Below, piece after piece: positions 21,162-32,454 of a stretch of DNA of 64,000 nucleotides (position 1 is its first letter; each line of letters begins with the position of its first letter). Source of the DNA: Candidatus Bathyarchaeia archaeon (GTDB lineage Archaea > Thermoproteota > Bathyarchaeia > Bathyarchaeales > Bathycorpusculaceae); the NCBI GenBank assembly GCA_049515895.1, contig JBEKTQ010000003.1:98594-162593 (forward strand), read 5' to 3'. A program made the translations under genes and the position numbers. The notes beneath the pieces were generated by a model, which did no database searches, had not been told where the DNA came from, and saw nothing but the letters and a program-made list of their open reading frames with translations.

Positions 21162-21698
21162 ATGGTTGATGAGACAGAAGGTCAGTCTATTGAACGTTTA
21201 GAACAGCAATTAGATTGCGAGCGGAAGCGCGCAGAAGACTATTTGAGCAGGCTTAAGTATTTGCAAGCCGATCTTGAAAACCTCAAAAAACGATTCGAAA
21301 GGGAAACCGAACAGGTTAAGAATTACTGCAACGAACGCTTAATCATCAACCTACTTGACATCGTGGATGAATTAGAGTTAGCGGTCGAAAACGGTGAAAT
21401 CTCAACCTCGCCTGATGCCCTGATTGAAGGGGTGGAGATGACTCTGAAAAAGCTCAGAAAGGTTCTTGAGCAAGAAGGAGTCTCTCCAATAGAGAACCCT
21501 GAAGGCAAAGTTTTCGACCCCTCTCGACATAACGCTGTAGCTGCTGAACAGCGTGACGATGTGACCGACGGCACAGTTCTGGAAGAAATAAGAAAAGGAT
21601 ACGTAATGAGGGGCAAGGTTCTACGTCCAAGCATCGTCAAAGTAGCAGTAAAACCGAAAAATGAAAGTAACCAAACGGAGGAAAAAAAGAGTGAGTAA
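21162..21698 (+). CDS. grpE: Nucleotide exchange factor GrpE
   Basis: [34 protein letters not shown]. Confidence 0.95.
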   Translation: MVDETEGQSIERLEQQLDCERKRAEDYLSRLKYLQADLENLKKRFERETEQVKNYCNERLIINLLDIVDELELAVENGEISTSPDALIEGVEMTLKKLRKVLEQEGVSPIENPEGKVFDPSRHNAVAAEQRDDVTDGTVLEEIRKGYVMRGKVLRPSIVKVAVKPKNESNQTEEKKSE

Positions 21699-23598
21699 CC
21701 AAAAAACAAACGAAAAAGTATTAGGAATAGATTTGGGAACAACCAATTCAGCTGCCGCCATTTACGAAGGCGGACACGCCACTGTAATTCCAAGCGCGGA
21801 AGGCCCCACAATGGCTGGAAAAATGTTTCCCTCAGTCGTAGCCTTCACGAAAGACGGACAACTTTTGGTGGGTGAACCGGCAAAACGCCAAGCAGCCACC
21901 AACCCCGAAGGAACAGTTTTTGAAATAAAACGCAAAATGGGCACAGACTACAAAGTCAACATTTACGGAAAAGAGTATAGTCCACAGCAAATCTCAGCAT
22001 TTATACTTCAAAAAATAAAGAAAGACGCAGAAACCTATCTCGGCGGGACCATGCGCAAAGCAGTCATCACTGTTCCAGCACACTTTAACGACAACCAACG
22101 CCAAGCCACAAAAGACGCGGGTGAAATCGCAGGTTTCCAAGTCATGCGAATAATCAACGAACCCACCGCTGCATGCCTCGCATACGGCATAGACAAGGTA
22201 CAACAGGAAATGAAAATCCTTGTTTTCAGCTTCGGCGGAGGAACCCACGACGTAACCGTCATGGACTTCGGAAAGGGAGTCTTCCAGGTACTTAGCACAA
22301 GCGGCGACACTCAACTAGGAGGAACTGACGTTGACAAAGCAGTCATGGATTACATTTTAGGCGAGTTCAAACGCCAAACAGGCATAGATATCTCAAACGA
22401 CAGAATGGCAATGCCTAGACTCAAGGATGCAGCTGAAAAAGCCAAAATTGAACTTTCGGCGCTTATGAGCACCGACATTGACCTGCCATTTTTAACAGCC
22501 GACGCTTCAGGACCAAAACACCTACACCTGACATTAACCCGTACGAAACTTGAATCCTTAGCACAGCCAATCGTGCAGAGAACCCAGCCGACCCTTCTGA
22601 AAGCTCTTGAGGACGCAAAACTAACCCCGCAAGGAATCGACAAAATCATCCTCATAGGTGGAATGACCCGTATGCCACTTGTTCAAAGGTTTGTTGAGCA
22701 AATCTTAGGCAAATCACCCGAACGGGGGCTTGACCCCATGGAATGTGTGGCAATAGGAGCAGGAATTCAAGCTGCAGTTATCACTGGAGAAGTCACCGAC
22801 CTGCTTCTTCTTGACGTTACACCTTTGAGCCTTGGCGTTGAAACTATGGGCGGCGTATTCACTAAAGTAATGGATAAGAACACGACAATTCCCACTAAAA
22901 GGAGCCAAATCTTCACTACCGCCGCGGACTTCCAAACAGCAGTCACTATCCACGTGCTCCAAGGCGAACGAGCAATGGCAACAGACAACGTTTCATTGGG
23001 AATGTTTAACCTAGTAGATCTGCCGCCAGCGCCCAGGGGTGTCCCACAAATAGAAGTAACTTTCGACATTGACGCCAACGGCATATTGAATGTAACTGCC
23101 AAGGATTTAGGAACAGGAAAAGAATCAAAAATACGAATCACCGCGTCTACGAAGCTGTCAAAAGAGGAAAAGGAGCGTTTAATCAGAGATGCCGATCAAT
23201 ACGCGGAGCAAGACAAAAAGAAAAGAGAAGAAGCGGAATTACGCAATAGTGCTGACAGCCTAGTTTATACGGCGGAGCGAACAAAGACAGATCTCGCAGG
23301 GAAAATTTCTCAGGAAGAAATAGGCAAAATCGATGCAGCCGTCACTGAACTAAAGAACGCTCTTGCAAGCAATGACATGGCGCAGGTAAAAACAAAATCC
23401 GATTCACTCCAGAAGGTACTGCAGGAAGTCGGAACAAAGGTTTACCAGCAAGCTTCACAAGAATACGCTAAACAGCAACCGGAACAAGCTCAACCAGGAC
23501 CGGGTCCACAGCCACCCCCGAGCGGACCTGAAGGCTCAGAACCCGAAGGCTCAGGCGAAGAGAAAGTGGTTGACTCAGAAGACTACAAAGTAAAATAG
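21691..23598 (+). CDS. dnaK: Chaperone DnaK (Hsp70)
   Basis: [40 protein letters not shown] 21691 preferred as start. Confidence 0.98.
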   Translation: MSNQKTNEKVLGIDLGTTNSAAAIYEGGHATVIPSAEGPTMAGKMFPSVVAFTKDGQLLVGEPAKRQAATNPEGTVFEIKRKMGTDYKVNIYGKEYSPQQISAFILQKIKKDAETYLGGTMRKAVITVPAHFNDNQRQATKDAGEIAGFQVMRIINEPTAACLAYGIDKVQQEMKILVFSFGGGTHDVTVMDFGKGVFQVLSTSGDTQLGGTDVDKAVMDYILGEFKRQTGIDISNDRMAMPRLKDAAEKAKIELSALMSTDIDLPFLTADASGPKHLHLTLTRTKLESLAQPIVQRTQPTLLKALEDAKLTPQGIDKIILIGGMTRMPLVQRFVEQILGKSPERGLDPMECVAIGAGIQAAVITGEVTDLLLLDVTPLSLGVETMGGVFTKVMDKNTTIPTKRSQIFTTAADFQTAVTIHVLQGERAMATDNVSLGMFNLVDLPPAPRGVPQIEVTFDIDANGILNVTAKDLGTGKESKIRITASTKLSKEEKERLIRDADQYAEQDKKKREEAELRNSADSLVYTAERTKTDLAGKISQEEIGKIDAAVTELKNALASNDMAQVKTKSDSLQKVLQEVGTKVYQQASQEYAKQQPEQAQPGPGPQPPPSGPEGSEPEGSGEEKVVDSEDYKVK

Positions 23599-23915
23599 TC
23601 GAACTTTCCTTTTTTATCTTTTTTTGTCTTAGCTTTTATCTTGGGGCTAATTTTCTTAGACCGTTCTAACGCCTGGAAACGTTGTTCCTAGATATTAGTT
23701 TTGAATCGCTGCTTCGCTAATAAAGGCAATAATCAATGTGCAATTGGAAATGGCTTTTCTTAGTCTACATCTCGTGACTAACGGAGACAAACTTGCGGAG
23801 ACAAAAGAAATTTTGAAAAGCCGAAAAAAGAAAGAAACAAAGGAAATGGTATAAATTGCAGTCAAGAGCTATACACAAAGTTAAGCAAAAATGTTAATTT
23901 AGTGGTAAACGGCTA

Positions 23916-25019
23916 ATGGCTGAAAAAAGAGACTACTATGAGGTACTAGGCGTTAAGCGCGACGCGTCACAGGAAGAAATCAAAGACGCTTACCGAAAAT
24001 TAGCCATGCAATTTCACCCAGACAGGAATAAGGAGCCAGGCGCGGAGGAAAGATTCAAAGAAATTAGCGAAGCCTACGCCGTGCTCAGCGACAACCAGAA
24101 AAGGCAGCAGTATGATACGCTTGGTCATTCAGGCTTTGACCAGCGTTACAGTTCGGAGGACATTTTCAGAGGAGCTGACTTCGACTCCATATTTCGAGAT
24201 ATGGGCTTCGGCGACATTTTCCGAACCTTCTTCGGCGGAGGATTCAGCGAGCAAACCAACAGAGGCAGAGACTTGGCTTTTGACATTGAAATAACCCTGG
24301 AGGAAGCTGCCCATGGAACAGAAAAGGAAGTGGAGATACCTAGAACAGAAAAATGCGACGTCTGTGGCGGCTCAGGCGCAAAACCTGGCACTCAAGCGAA
24401 GATTTGCCCAAGATGCGGCGGCTCTGGTCAAGTTCAAAACATGCAGAGAAGCCCCTTCGGCACGTTCGTACAGGTTGTAACTTGCCCCCAGTGCAAGGGA
24501 AAAGGCAGGATCATCGAAACACCATGCAGCAACTGCCACGGCTCAGGCCTTGTGAGGAAACGAAGAAAAATCAGCGTTCGCATCCCAGCAGGCATAGACG
24601 AAGGCTACCAGCTTAGGCTAAGAGGCGAAGGAGATATGGTAGCTAACGGCGGCGAAGCAGGCGATCTTTACGTTGTAGTCCACATTAAGCCCAATCAACA
24701 GTTCCTACGGGAAGGAGACGACTTGTGGTACGTCGCTATGGTCAACTTTCCCCAAGCCACCTTAGGAGCCGAAATAACCATTCCAACCCTTGATGGACCA
24801 ACAACCATCAGGATTCATCCGGGAACGCAGCCAGGCGAGGTGTTGACGTTGAAGGGAAGGGGAATGCCGCGGTTCAGAGCCTACGGCAAAGGGGACCTGC
24901 TTGTGCGTATCGGGATTTCTGTGCCAGAGAAATTGACAAGCCAGCAGCGAGCGCTTATCGAGCAGTTAGCCAAAGAATTTGGTGCTGACGTTCAAAAAAG
25001 CCATAGATTTCCGTTTTAG
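23916..25019 (+). CDS. dnaJ: Chaperone DnaJ
   Basis: J domain with HPD and four CxxCxGxG repeats. Confidence 0.98.
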   Translation: MAEKRDYYEVLGVKRDASQEEIKDAYRKLAMQFHPDRNKEPGAEERFKEISEAYAVLSDNQKRQQYDTLGHSGFDQRYSSEDIFRGADFDSIFRDMGFGDIFRTFFGGGFSEQTNRGRDLAFDIEITLEEAAHGTEKEVEIPRTEKCDVCGGSGAKPGTQAKICPRCGGSGQVQNMQRSPFGTFVQVVTCPQCKGKGRIIETPCSNCHGSGLVRKRRKISVRIPAGIDEGYQLRLRGEGDMVANGGEAGDLYVVVHIKPNQQFLREGDDLWYVAMVNFPQATLGAEITIPTLDGPTTIRIHPGTQPGEVLTLKGRGMPRFRAYGKGDLLVRIGISVPEKLTSQQRALIEQLAKEFGADVQKSHRFPF

Positions 25020-25138
25020 CTTGAGCTGAATCGAATTAGACGGCTTTCTTAAACTTCCACTCGTCGCCGAAAATCGTGTCGCCGCAAAGTTTATGTTACG
25101 AAAATCATTATTACATAATTTTTGCGGAGCTATATGAA

Positions 25139-25840
25139 ATGAAGTTTGAAACTAAAATACAAGACATTATCCCTCGGACCACGGACATAACCAGCTTCAG
25201 ATTTCCCCGACCAGTCGACTTAAGCTATAAGCCGGGCCAATTCTTTTTTGTAGCCCTGAAACAAGAGGGCAAAGAACTGAACAAACATTTCAGTTTCAGC
25301 AGCAGCCCAACCGAGGCAGGTTTCATTGAATTCACTAAGAGGCTCACTGACCACGAATATTCGATGGCTCTTAAAGCTGCGAAAGTCGGTGATTGGGCAA
25401 GAATCGACGGACCTTACGGAGAATTCACCTTTGACGGTGAATACCCCAAAATTGCTTTGCTTGCAGGCGGCATAGGCGTAACCCCGTTTATAAGCATATG
25501 CAAAAATGCCACAGACAAACATTTGCCCTCCCAAATCACTCTTTTCCTCGGTTGCCGCACTGAAAACGATATCTCTTTCCTGCACGAGCTGGAGGGAATG
25601 CAGCAATCTAACAGGAACTTGAAGTTGCATTTTGTCGTTAACCAGCCTGGCCCCGATTGGAAAGGTGCAACAGGCATCATAACGGCGGATATGATTCAGA
25701 AAGAGCTGCCTGACTACAAAGACAACATCTTCTACTGCTGCGGACCGCCAGGAATGGTGACAGCAATGGGAAAACTAATCGACAGCATAGGACTACTAAA
25801 GACACAGCTTAAACTGGAATTCTTCACTGGCTACACATAA
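25139..25840 (+). CDS. FAD/NAD(P)-binding oxidoreductase (FNR-like)
   Basis: YKPGQF, FSFSS, GPYG.F, AGGIGVTP, CGPPGM. Confidence 0.88.
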   Translation: MKFETKIQDIIPRTTDITSFRFPRPVDLSYKPGQFFFVALKQEGKELNKHFSFSSSPTEAGFIEFTKRLTDHEYSMALKAAKVGDWARIDGPYGEFTFDGEYPKIALLAGGIGVTPFISICKNATDKHLPSQITLFLGCRTENDISFLHELEGMQQSNRNLKLHFVVNQPGPDWKGATGIITADMIQKELPDYKDNIFYCCGPPGMVTAMGKLIDSIGLLKTQLKLEFFTGYT

Positions 25841-25917
25841 AACCGCATTTCGCTTTATTTCGTGGAGCACTAACCCCGTTCGAGTTTTTCTTTAGGTCAT
25901 CTTTAGACCCATTTTTC

Positions 25918-25979
25918 TTGATAACAAAGGGTGGGTTAGCAAATTGGATTGATAACAAAGGGTGGGTTAGCAAATTGGA
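25918..25979. repeat. Perfect 31-bp tandem duplication TTGATAACAAAGGGTGGGTTAGCAAATTGGA x2
   Basis: 25918-25948 is identical to 25949-25979, immediately 3' of the asnS stop. Confidence 0.95.
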
Positions 25980-25981
25980 GT

Positions 25982-27274
25982 TTATGGGTAGAACCTGCGC
26001 GTTGTTCTCGGGAACGGGATGGCGTCGATGATGTTATCTAGGTCGAGCATCCATGTTAAGAGGCGTTCCAGCCCCATTCCGAAGCCCACATGCGGCACAG
26101 TGCCGTAGCGCCGTAAGTCAAGGTACCATTCGTAATCCTCAGGCTTTAACCCCTGCTCTTTCATACGTTGAATAAGAACATCTTTATCTTCTTCCCTTGC
26201 GCCACCAGTGCTGATTTCCCCTATCCGCGGCACCATCATGTCGACTGACATTGCTACGTCTGGGTGTTCACGGTACGTTTTGCAGTAAAACGCCTTAATA
26301 GCCGTCGGGTAGTCGTAAACGAAGAAGGGTTTGCCAAAGTCTTCAGCTAAAACCTTTTCATCCTCATAGCCCAAATCAGTTCCCCAACGCAATGCGGGAT
26401 TCTTGACTTTTAGCCTGTCGATCGCTTCGGCGTATGTTATCCGTGGGAACGGCGTTTTCACCGCTTTGAGCTTTTCGATGTCGGCGCCGATTTCCTTGAA
26501 TTGCTTTTGGCAATTGTCGCCGATTGTTCGGCAAACATGAGTCATTAAGCCTTCTTCAAATTTCATCAAGTCATTCATGTCGGCGAAAGGCCATTCTGCC
26601 TCCATGTGCCAATACTCTGTTAAATGCCTGATCGTCCGGCTTTTTTCCGCGCGAAATGATGGCGCTATGCAGTAAACATTTTCCAGCGAGTAGATGAGGA
26701 TTTCAAGGTAAAGCTGGCTGCTCTGGGTCAAGTAAAGGTCTTGATCGAAATATTTTAAGCCGAAAAGAGTAGAGCCTCCTTCAACCGCAGCTGAAATAAA
26801 CATAGGCGGAGAAACCTCCGTGTAACCTTGGTTTTTGAAGTATTCTCTCGTTGACTCCAACGTTTCAGCTCGAACCTTCAACATTAAATTCATTTTTCGG
26901 CTACGAAGCCAAAGGTGGCGCATGTCACGTATGAATTCTTCACTTTTATCTTTTGCAATTGGGAAAGTTTCGGCTAAGCCGATAACACCTATATCTTCTG
27001 CACCGATTTCGTAGCCGCCAGGGGCACGTTTGTCTTCCTTTGCAGTGCCTTCAAGTGTTAAGCTGGATTCGATCGTTAGCCGCTGCGCCTCGGGCCACGC
27101 AGAGCTGGCTTTTTTTACGGTGCACTGGATAAAGCCTGTTGAGTCGCGGATAAGCAGGAAAATGAGTTCTTTGCCTTCCCTTTTACGGTAAACCCATCCT
27201 CGCACAGCAACCTTCTGATCCTTAAATGAACCATCTAGTATGTCGCCGATTTTTGCGTAAGCCATCAGCATCAA
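25982..27274 (-). CDS. asnS: Asparagine--tRNA ligase
   Basis: OB domain RGWVYRKR, YLTQSSQLYLE, FRAEKSRT.RHLTEYWH, YGTVPHVGFGMGLER. Confidence 0.92.
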   Translation of the reverse strand: MMLMAYAKIGDILDGSFKDQKVAVRGWVYRKREGKELIFLLIRDSTGFIQCTVKKASSAWPEAQRLTIESSLTLEGTAKEDKRAPGGYEIGAEDIGVIGLAETFPIAKDKSEEFIRDMRHLWLRSRKMNLMLKVRAETLESTREYFKNQGYTEVSPPMFISAAVEGGSTLFGLKYFDQDLYLTQSSQLYLEILIYSLENVYCIAPSFRAEKSRTIRHLTEYWHMEAEWPFADMNDLMKFEEGLMTHVCRTIGDNCQKQFKEIGADIEKLKAVKTPFPRITYAEAIDRLKVKNPALRWGTDLGYEDEKVLAEDFGKPFFVYDYPTAIKAFYCKTYREHPDVAMSVDMMVPRIGEISTGGAREEDKDVLIQRMKEQGLKPEDYEWYLDLRRYGTVPHVGFGMGLERLLTWMLDLDNIIDAIPFPRTTRRFYP

Positions 27275-27453
27275 CCGTTTCCTTTAATACTTTATTTCAA
27301 ACCTAAATGCCTATCGATGCAAGTCTTCCGTGTTTGCCCTAGATCAATCTCAATTTGAGACTTATCCTATTTGCTTTTTCAAAATGGTTTCGTTGATTTG
27401 CGCCCCGCAAATCTTAAATCGCCCTCGCAGAGACCTTACTTTAGATTGGGTAA

Positions 27454-28854
27454 ATGCAAGAATCTGTGGATGGCAAGTACAAACTTAGAGCGCTTAGAAT
27501 TGCAGCTGCCGCGATTTTCAGCGTCGTTGTAGTTGAAGTTTCTATAGGCTTTTTTGTAAACAGTTTGGCCATACTAAGCGACGGTTTACATGCATTGCTC
27601 GATGCTGTTTCAACCATAATGCTGTTTGTTGCAGTTCGCGCTTCGATTAAGCCTCCCGACGAAGAACACACTTATGGACATGAAAAGTTCGAAACTATAG
27701 GAGGACTTATCGGTGGAGTCACCTTAGTCGCTGTCGCGCTTCTCATATTCTATGAAGCGGCGATCCGGCTCATGATGGGAACTCAGATCTATCGGGGAGT
27801 CGAGTTTGCTGGTTTCATAGCAGTAGGCTATGCTATTTTCATTGCTTCACTAAGAGTTACTGTGTTCAGGAAAAGCCAACATATCGAGAGTCCGTCCATG
27901 CGTGTTGGTTTTTATGATGCAATTTCAGATTTAGGCTCAACTTTGCTGGCTTTGGTGGGTTTTAGCTTAGCTGCATTGGGTTTCTTTTACGGCGATGCAA
28001 TTGCATCAATCTTTCTGGGGGCAATGCTTAGTTACTTGAGCGTTAAACTTGTAAGAACTAGTGTGATGGAACTCAGCGACACCGCATCAAAAGACCTCGT
28101 CCAAAAAACACGAAAAATCATTGTACAGCATGACGGTGTCGTAAAAGCCTTAAACCTGAAAGTTCGCAAAGTTAGTTCTAAGATTTTCATTGACGCATCC
28201 ATTCAGGTTCCAAGCCACATGCCCTTGGAAGAAGCCCATACTCTGGCATCCAAGATTGAGGCTGACTTGAAGCAGGCTCTGGGCGATGTTGACGCTACAA
28301 TTCATGTGGAACCTGCCGAAAAAGAAAGCAAACTCGATCAGCTGGTTGAAAAACTAGCAACGGTGGATGGTGTTAAACAGGTGCATGAAATCTCAACAGT
28401 TTACACTGGAGGCAAATTCTACATTACCTTGCACGCTTACGTTGATCCTGAACTCTCTGTCGAAGAAGCCCATAAAATAGCTGAAGTCATAGAGAGGAGG
28501 TTAAAGGGCGAAATAAGGCCGCTTGAAAACGTGACTGTTCATGTAGAGCCTTCGGGCATAGCTGTTCCAGCTACCCAAGTTGAAGAATCCAAACTTCAAA
28601 ACGTGATTTACGAAATGGCTAAAGGTATCGCGGAGAACCTGCAAATAAAACGCATAGTAACTTATAACGCCGACGGTAAACGCTATATTAACATTGACTG
28701 CTGCTTCACTAAGCAAATTCAGATAAAAGAAGCCCACAGGATCGCGTCAGAGGTCGAAAAAGAAACCAAAGAGCGCTTCGCCGGTGCAGTTGTAACAGTT
28801 CATATGGAGCCAGAATGCGTAAACGAAGAACCCGGGAAGTACCAATCGAAATAA
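27454..28854 (+). CDS. Cation diffusion facilitator transporter with three C-terminal ZT_dimer domains
   Basis: SLAILSDGLH, PPDEEHTYGHEKFE, three EAH...HVEP/HMEP repeats. Confidence 0.9.
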   Translation: MQESVDGKYKLRALRIAAAAIFSVVVVEVSIGFFVNSLAILSDGLHALLDAVSTIMLFVAVRASIKPPDEEHTYGHEKFETIGGLIGGVTLVAVALLIFYEAAIRLMMGTQIYRGVEFAGFIAVGYAIFIASLRVTVFRKSQHIESPSMRVGFYDAISDLGSTLLALVGFSLAALGFFYGDAIASIFLGAMLSYLSVKLVRTSVMELSDTASKDLVQKTRKIIVQHDGVVKALNLKVRKVSSKIFIDASIQVPSHMPLEEAHTLASKIEADLKQALGDVDATIHVEPAEKESKLDQLVEKLATVDGVKQVHEISTVYTGGKFYITLHAYVDPELSVEEAHKIAEVIERRLKGEIRPLENVTVHVEPSGIAVPATQVEESKLQNVIYEMAKGIAENLQIKRIVTYNADGKRYINIDCCFTKQIQIKEAHRIASEVEKETKERFAGAVVTVHMEPECVNEEPGKYQSK

Positions 28855-28964
28855 AAGAACGCGTTACAGCAACAGCGAAAGTTCTAGCTGGTTTTTTCTA
28901 AAAGCCAAAAAGGCTTTAATGGTGCTTGTGGCATAGTAAGGGCTGTAAATGTGAGTGTGCTTTG

Positions 28965-31211
28965 ATGTTTTCCCGTTCCGCATCGGCTAAACTAAAGGCG
29001 ATCCTTATAATTGATTTAATTATTATCAGCGGGGCTGCGGGAGCCTATTTTTATCTTCAAAATCGAGGCGTAATTGGAGTCGTTACTAAACCTGCAAAAT
29101 TTGTCCTTACAAACCTAACTATTGACCCGCCTAACGCAACAGAGGGTGACGCGGTACAAATTGCGGTTAACGTAACAAACATCGGTGATTTGGAAGGCAA
29201 CGATACCATAAATTTTGGAATAAACAACGCATTGAAAGATACACAGAACATAACTCTTTCAGGAGCAGCTACTCAAGTCGTCACTTACACGGACATTGAA
29301 ACTACCTTCGGGAACTACACCGTTCAGGTTGGCGACTTAACTGGAATGTTTGTAATCAGCCCTGCGCCTCCGGGGTCAAGCAAAATAATCTTGTCTACCC
29401 TGAATTGTTTTCCATACGAGGCTTGGCCCAACCAGTCGGTTAACATAACGGCCACGGCCCAAAACCCAACTAACCAAGCTGACAAGCTTACAGTAAGAGT
29501 AACCGTTGACAATGCCTGGGTAAAAACCCAAGTTGTTGAGCTGAATGCAAGTTCAAGCAAGACGGTAGTTTTCACGGTTAACGCTACTTCTGTTTTGGGA
29601 GACCACACAGTTAAACTGAACACTTTAAGCGGACAATTCACAGTTGTACAAGCAGGTTACCACACGCTTGAAGTCAGCAGAAGCGGCGGCGGCTCTATAC
29701 CCTTAGTCTTTACTTTAAATGGAGTCAGTCATAATACACCCTACATTGCACTTCTGCCCGACGGAGAATACACCGTGCAGGCAACGAATCCGGTGGTCCT
29801 CGCAACGGGCGTAGTGGGCTTCCAAAGTTGGCAAGACGGTAACCCTAACCCTACCAGAACCTTCGACTTAAATCAACAGACCTTCATGATAGCAACCTAC
29901 ACCATCATCAGTGGCTACGCATCCTGCCCTTCCCTTTTCATGTGGAACGGCACAGGCTACTCCTACGTCACTGACGTCTCGAACTCAGGGTGGCTTGGCT
30001 ACATGGCTACCATCTCAAGCAGCGGCACCATTACTTACAGCGGCGGAACCCCTTGGGATTACGTGAAGCTAAACCCGAATCTGGTAGCCGTCAATAACGG
30101 GTATTACGACATGACTCTTGCCCAACAGTGGGATGAGCTATTCTACTTGGATACAGCATACATGTTGGTAGTTGACCACCCGATTGGAACGGATGTTTAC
30201 ACAACTATGAGCAATTACGTTAACCAAGGTTTCAACGGACAAATTTACACAGTTAACCAGAACGATGCCCAGACGCCGCTTAGCGCATCTTACGTTTGGG
30301 GACCAGCAGGAACCACCACGAAGGGCCAAAATGTTCTGACCCAAATTTCAAAGCTTGACGGAGTCTTCACTCCTGGCAACAACGGAGACACCAGCCCATC
30401 ATACAACAACATCTACCTCAACCAGCTAACCTTGGACTTAGGCAACTTATCCAACACAAAAAACATCAAACTCCTAATAAATGGCATAGTAGACTGGGGC
30501 AGCTACCAAAACTACTACAGTTGGATAAACAAATTCACGGGCGCCGCATCAGCAGGGCTGCTTACCAACGGGACACAGATTTATCCAGGTCCGTATATGC
30601 AAGTTAAAGATGCAAACGGCAACTGGGTAACCGTGCCGCAGGACAAGCAGATTCCAATGCCTTCCGATTCCAACGCAAGAACATTTGTGGTAGACTTAAC
30701 AGGCGACTTCCCCAAGGGAATAACTGACTACCAAGTTAAAATCTGTAACTTCTTCAACGTAACCTACGACTACATCGGAATAGACACGTCGACTCAGCAG
30801 AACATAACAGTTCAAAAGATCATGCCGACCGCCTCCCTCAGCGCATGGGGACCCACGCAGTCAACATCCTCTGGAAACTTCACCAGATACGGCGACGTAA
30901 CAGCGCTGCTTCAAGCCGCCGACAACATGTACGTGATAGGAAGACAAGGCGACGAGGTTTCCCTACAATTTCCAGTAAGCGGCCTAACGAAACTCGCCAC
31001 CGGCATGGAAAGAGACTTCTTCCTCTTCGTAGCATGCTGGTTCAAAGACCCGCCTGGACAATGGGGTTACGGATTCAACTTCACGGTAGACCCCCTCCCA
31101 TACATCGGCATGAGCGGATACCCGTACACGGCGACGGCAAGCTACCCATACGACTCAGCGCATCTTGCATACATCAAAGAGTACAACACGCGGACGATCC
31201 CTCCGCCGTAG
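28965..31211 (+). CDS. Membrane-anchored extracellular protein with CARDB/Ig-like domains and an SCP-motif C-terminal domain
   Basis: N-terminal TM, NVTNIGDLEG Ig-like repeats, GYASCPSLFMWNG, WFKD, PLPYIGMSGYPY, EYNTR. Confidence 0.7.
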   Translation: MFSRSASAKLKAILIIDLIIISGAAGAYFYLQNRGVIGVVTKPAKFVLTNLTIDPPNATEGDAVQIAVNVTNIGDLEGNDTINFGINNALKDTQNITLSGAATQVVTYTDIETTFGNYTVQVGDLTGMFVISPAPPGSSKIILSTLNCFPYEAWPNQSVNITATAQNPTNQADKLTVRVTVDNAWVKTQVVELNASSSKTVVFTVNATSVLGDHTVKLNTLSGQFTVVQAGYHTLEVSRSGGGSIPLVFTLNGVSHNTPYIALLPDGEYTVQATNPVVLATGVVGFQSWQDGNPNPTRTFDLNQQTFMIATYTIISGYASCPSLFMWNGTGYSYVTDVSNSGWLGYMATISSSGTITYSGGTPWDYVKLNPNLVAVNNGYYDMTLAQQWDELFYLDTAYMLVVDHPIGTDVYTTMSNYVNQGFNGQIYTVNQNDAQTPLSASYVWGPAGTTTKGQNVLTQISKLDGVFTPGNNGDTSPSYNNIYLNQLTLDLGNLSNTKNIKLLINGIVDWGSYQNYYSWINKFTGAASAGLLTNGTQIYPGPYMQVKDANGNWVTVPQDKQIPMPSDSNARTFVVDLTGDFPKGITDYQVKICNFFNVTYDYIGIDTSTQQNITVQKIMPTASLSAWGPTQSTSSGNFTRYGDVTALLQAADNMYVIGRQGDEVSLQFPVSGLTKLATGMERDFFLFVACWFKDPPGQWGYGFNFTVDPLPYIGMSGYPYTATASYPYDSAHLAYIKEYNTRTIPPP

Positions 31212-31464
31212 TAGCCCCGCATTACTGCTCATGGCGAAATCAGGAAACCTATGCAGCGAAAGAATGCAAGATTTAAATGGCTCACCCCGTATTTTCATTA
31301 TTTAAAATTTCATCGAGACACCCCACATGTCATGTAAACCTGAAACCTTATCTGCACCTTGGAAAGTTGGCGCGTTTTTGATATGGCTCGTTGTGCATGT
31401 CTTTTTTTCAGGAATTGAGAAATAACAAACGTCTCATCATAGTAACTAAAATGGCGAGAAAACA

Positions 31465-32448
31465 ATGGCTTGGGAGTACATAGGGGACACATTAAGGTTA
31501 ATTGTGCTTGGCGGCCTCGGGGCAGCAGGGATACTCGCAGTTTTGATTTGGAAAAAGAATCTGGCAACAAAAGTAACGTTTCTCAGACTGGTGGCCCAAG
31601 CGGTGGCGTTTGCAGCCCTATTTTATGTCTTCTCACTCAAACTTCCTCTTCTCTACTTCTTCATATTCATTTTTGGCATAACACTTTTTTTGGGGCGCCT
31701 GTACTGCGGATGGCTTTGCCCCTTCGGTTTCATCATGGACCTAGAAGTCATGCTTAGAAAAGCGTTGGGCATACGTTACCGAATCATCCCTGAAAAGCTC
31801 AACAGGATCCTGCATGAATCAAGATATGTCATAATCGTCATTTTCCTTGCATTGCCAATTGTCCTGTGGATTTTGAATCCGCCTCAAAACTTCGCCTTCG
31901 CCGACGCGATGGCGCGAATTCTAGCTGGACCCTTCCGACCATACACTGTTCTGATAGACCCAATGATTCCCGTCATTGTTCCATGGACGGCAAGCGCAGT
32001 AAACCTTGCCCACATCAACTTCACCTACCCCTACGTTCAAGACATCATATTTTGGGCAGGCCAAAACATAGGTCAAGCAATCGCCCTTGCTTTCATCGGT
32101 TTGACTTTGGCAAGCTCTTTTATTTTTAGGCGTTTCTGGTGCCGTTTCTGCCCTACAGGCGCCTCCTTGGCAGTAGTCAATAGGTTTAAGGGTTTCAAAT
32201 GGGCACCTTTACTGCATATTGAAAAAGACGAGGAAAAATGCACAAAATGCGGCGTCTGCAAAAGGGTTTGTCAAGTTCAAGTGACCGAAGTGTACGAGCA
32301 GAAGGGCGGCAAAATCGACACTTCAATGTGCATGCTTTGCTTGCGATGCGCCGAAATGTGTCCTTATGCAGAAACCTTGAAGGTAAAGTTCGGAAACAAA
32401 ACACTATTCAAATCAAGAAACTGGCTTGAACCACCCACGGTTGAGTGA
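31465..32448 (+). CDS. NapH/MauN-family membrane 4Fe-4S protein
   Basis: Several TMs, CGWLCP and CRFCP, two CxxCxxCxxxC motifs at the C-terminus. Confidence 0.88.
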   Translation: MAWEYIGDTLRLIVLGGLGAAGILAVLIWKKNLATKVTFLRLVAQAVAFAALFYVFSLKLPLLYFFIFIFGITLFLGRLYCGWLCPFGFIMDLEVMLRKALGIRYRIIPEKLNRILHESRYVIIVIFLALPIVLWILNPPQNFAFADAMARILAGPFRPYTVLIDPMIPVIVPWTASAVNLAHINFTYPYVQDIIFWAGQNIGQAIALAFIGLTLASSFIFRRFWCRFCPTGASLAVVNRFKGFKWAPLLHIEKDEEKCTKCGVCKRVCQVQVTEVYEQKGGKIDTSMCMLCLRCAEMCPYAETLKVKFGNKTLFKSRNWLEPPTVE

Positions 32449-32454
32449 GAATCA

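Noticed and set aside
22225-22255. DnaK phosphate-2 variant SFGGGTHD instead of DxGGGTFD
   Set aside because: The rest of the protein and operon are canonical, so this is likely lineage variation.
25918-25979. CRISPR array
   Set aside because: Two directly adjacent copies with no spacer, and no cas genes.
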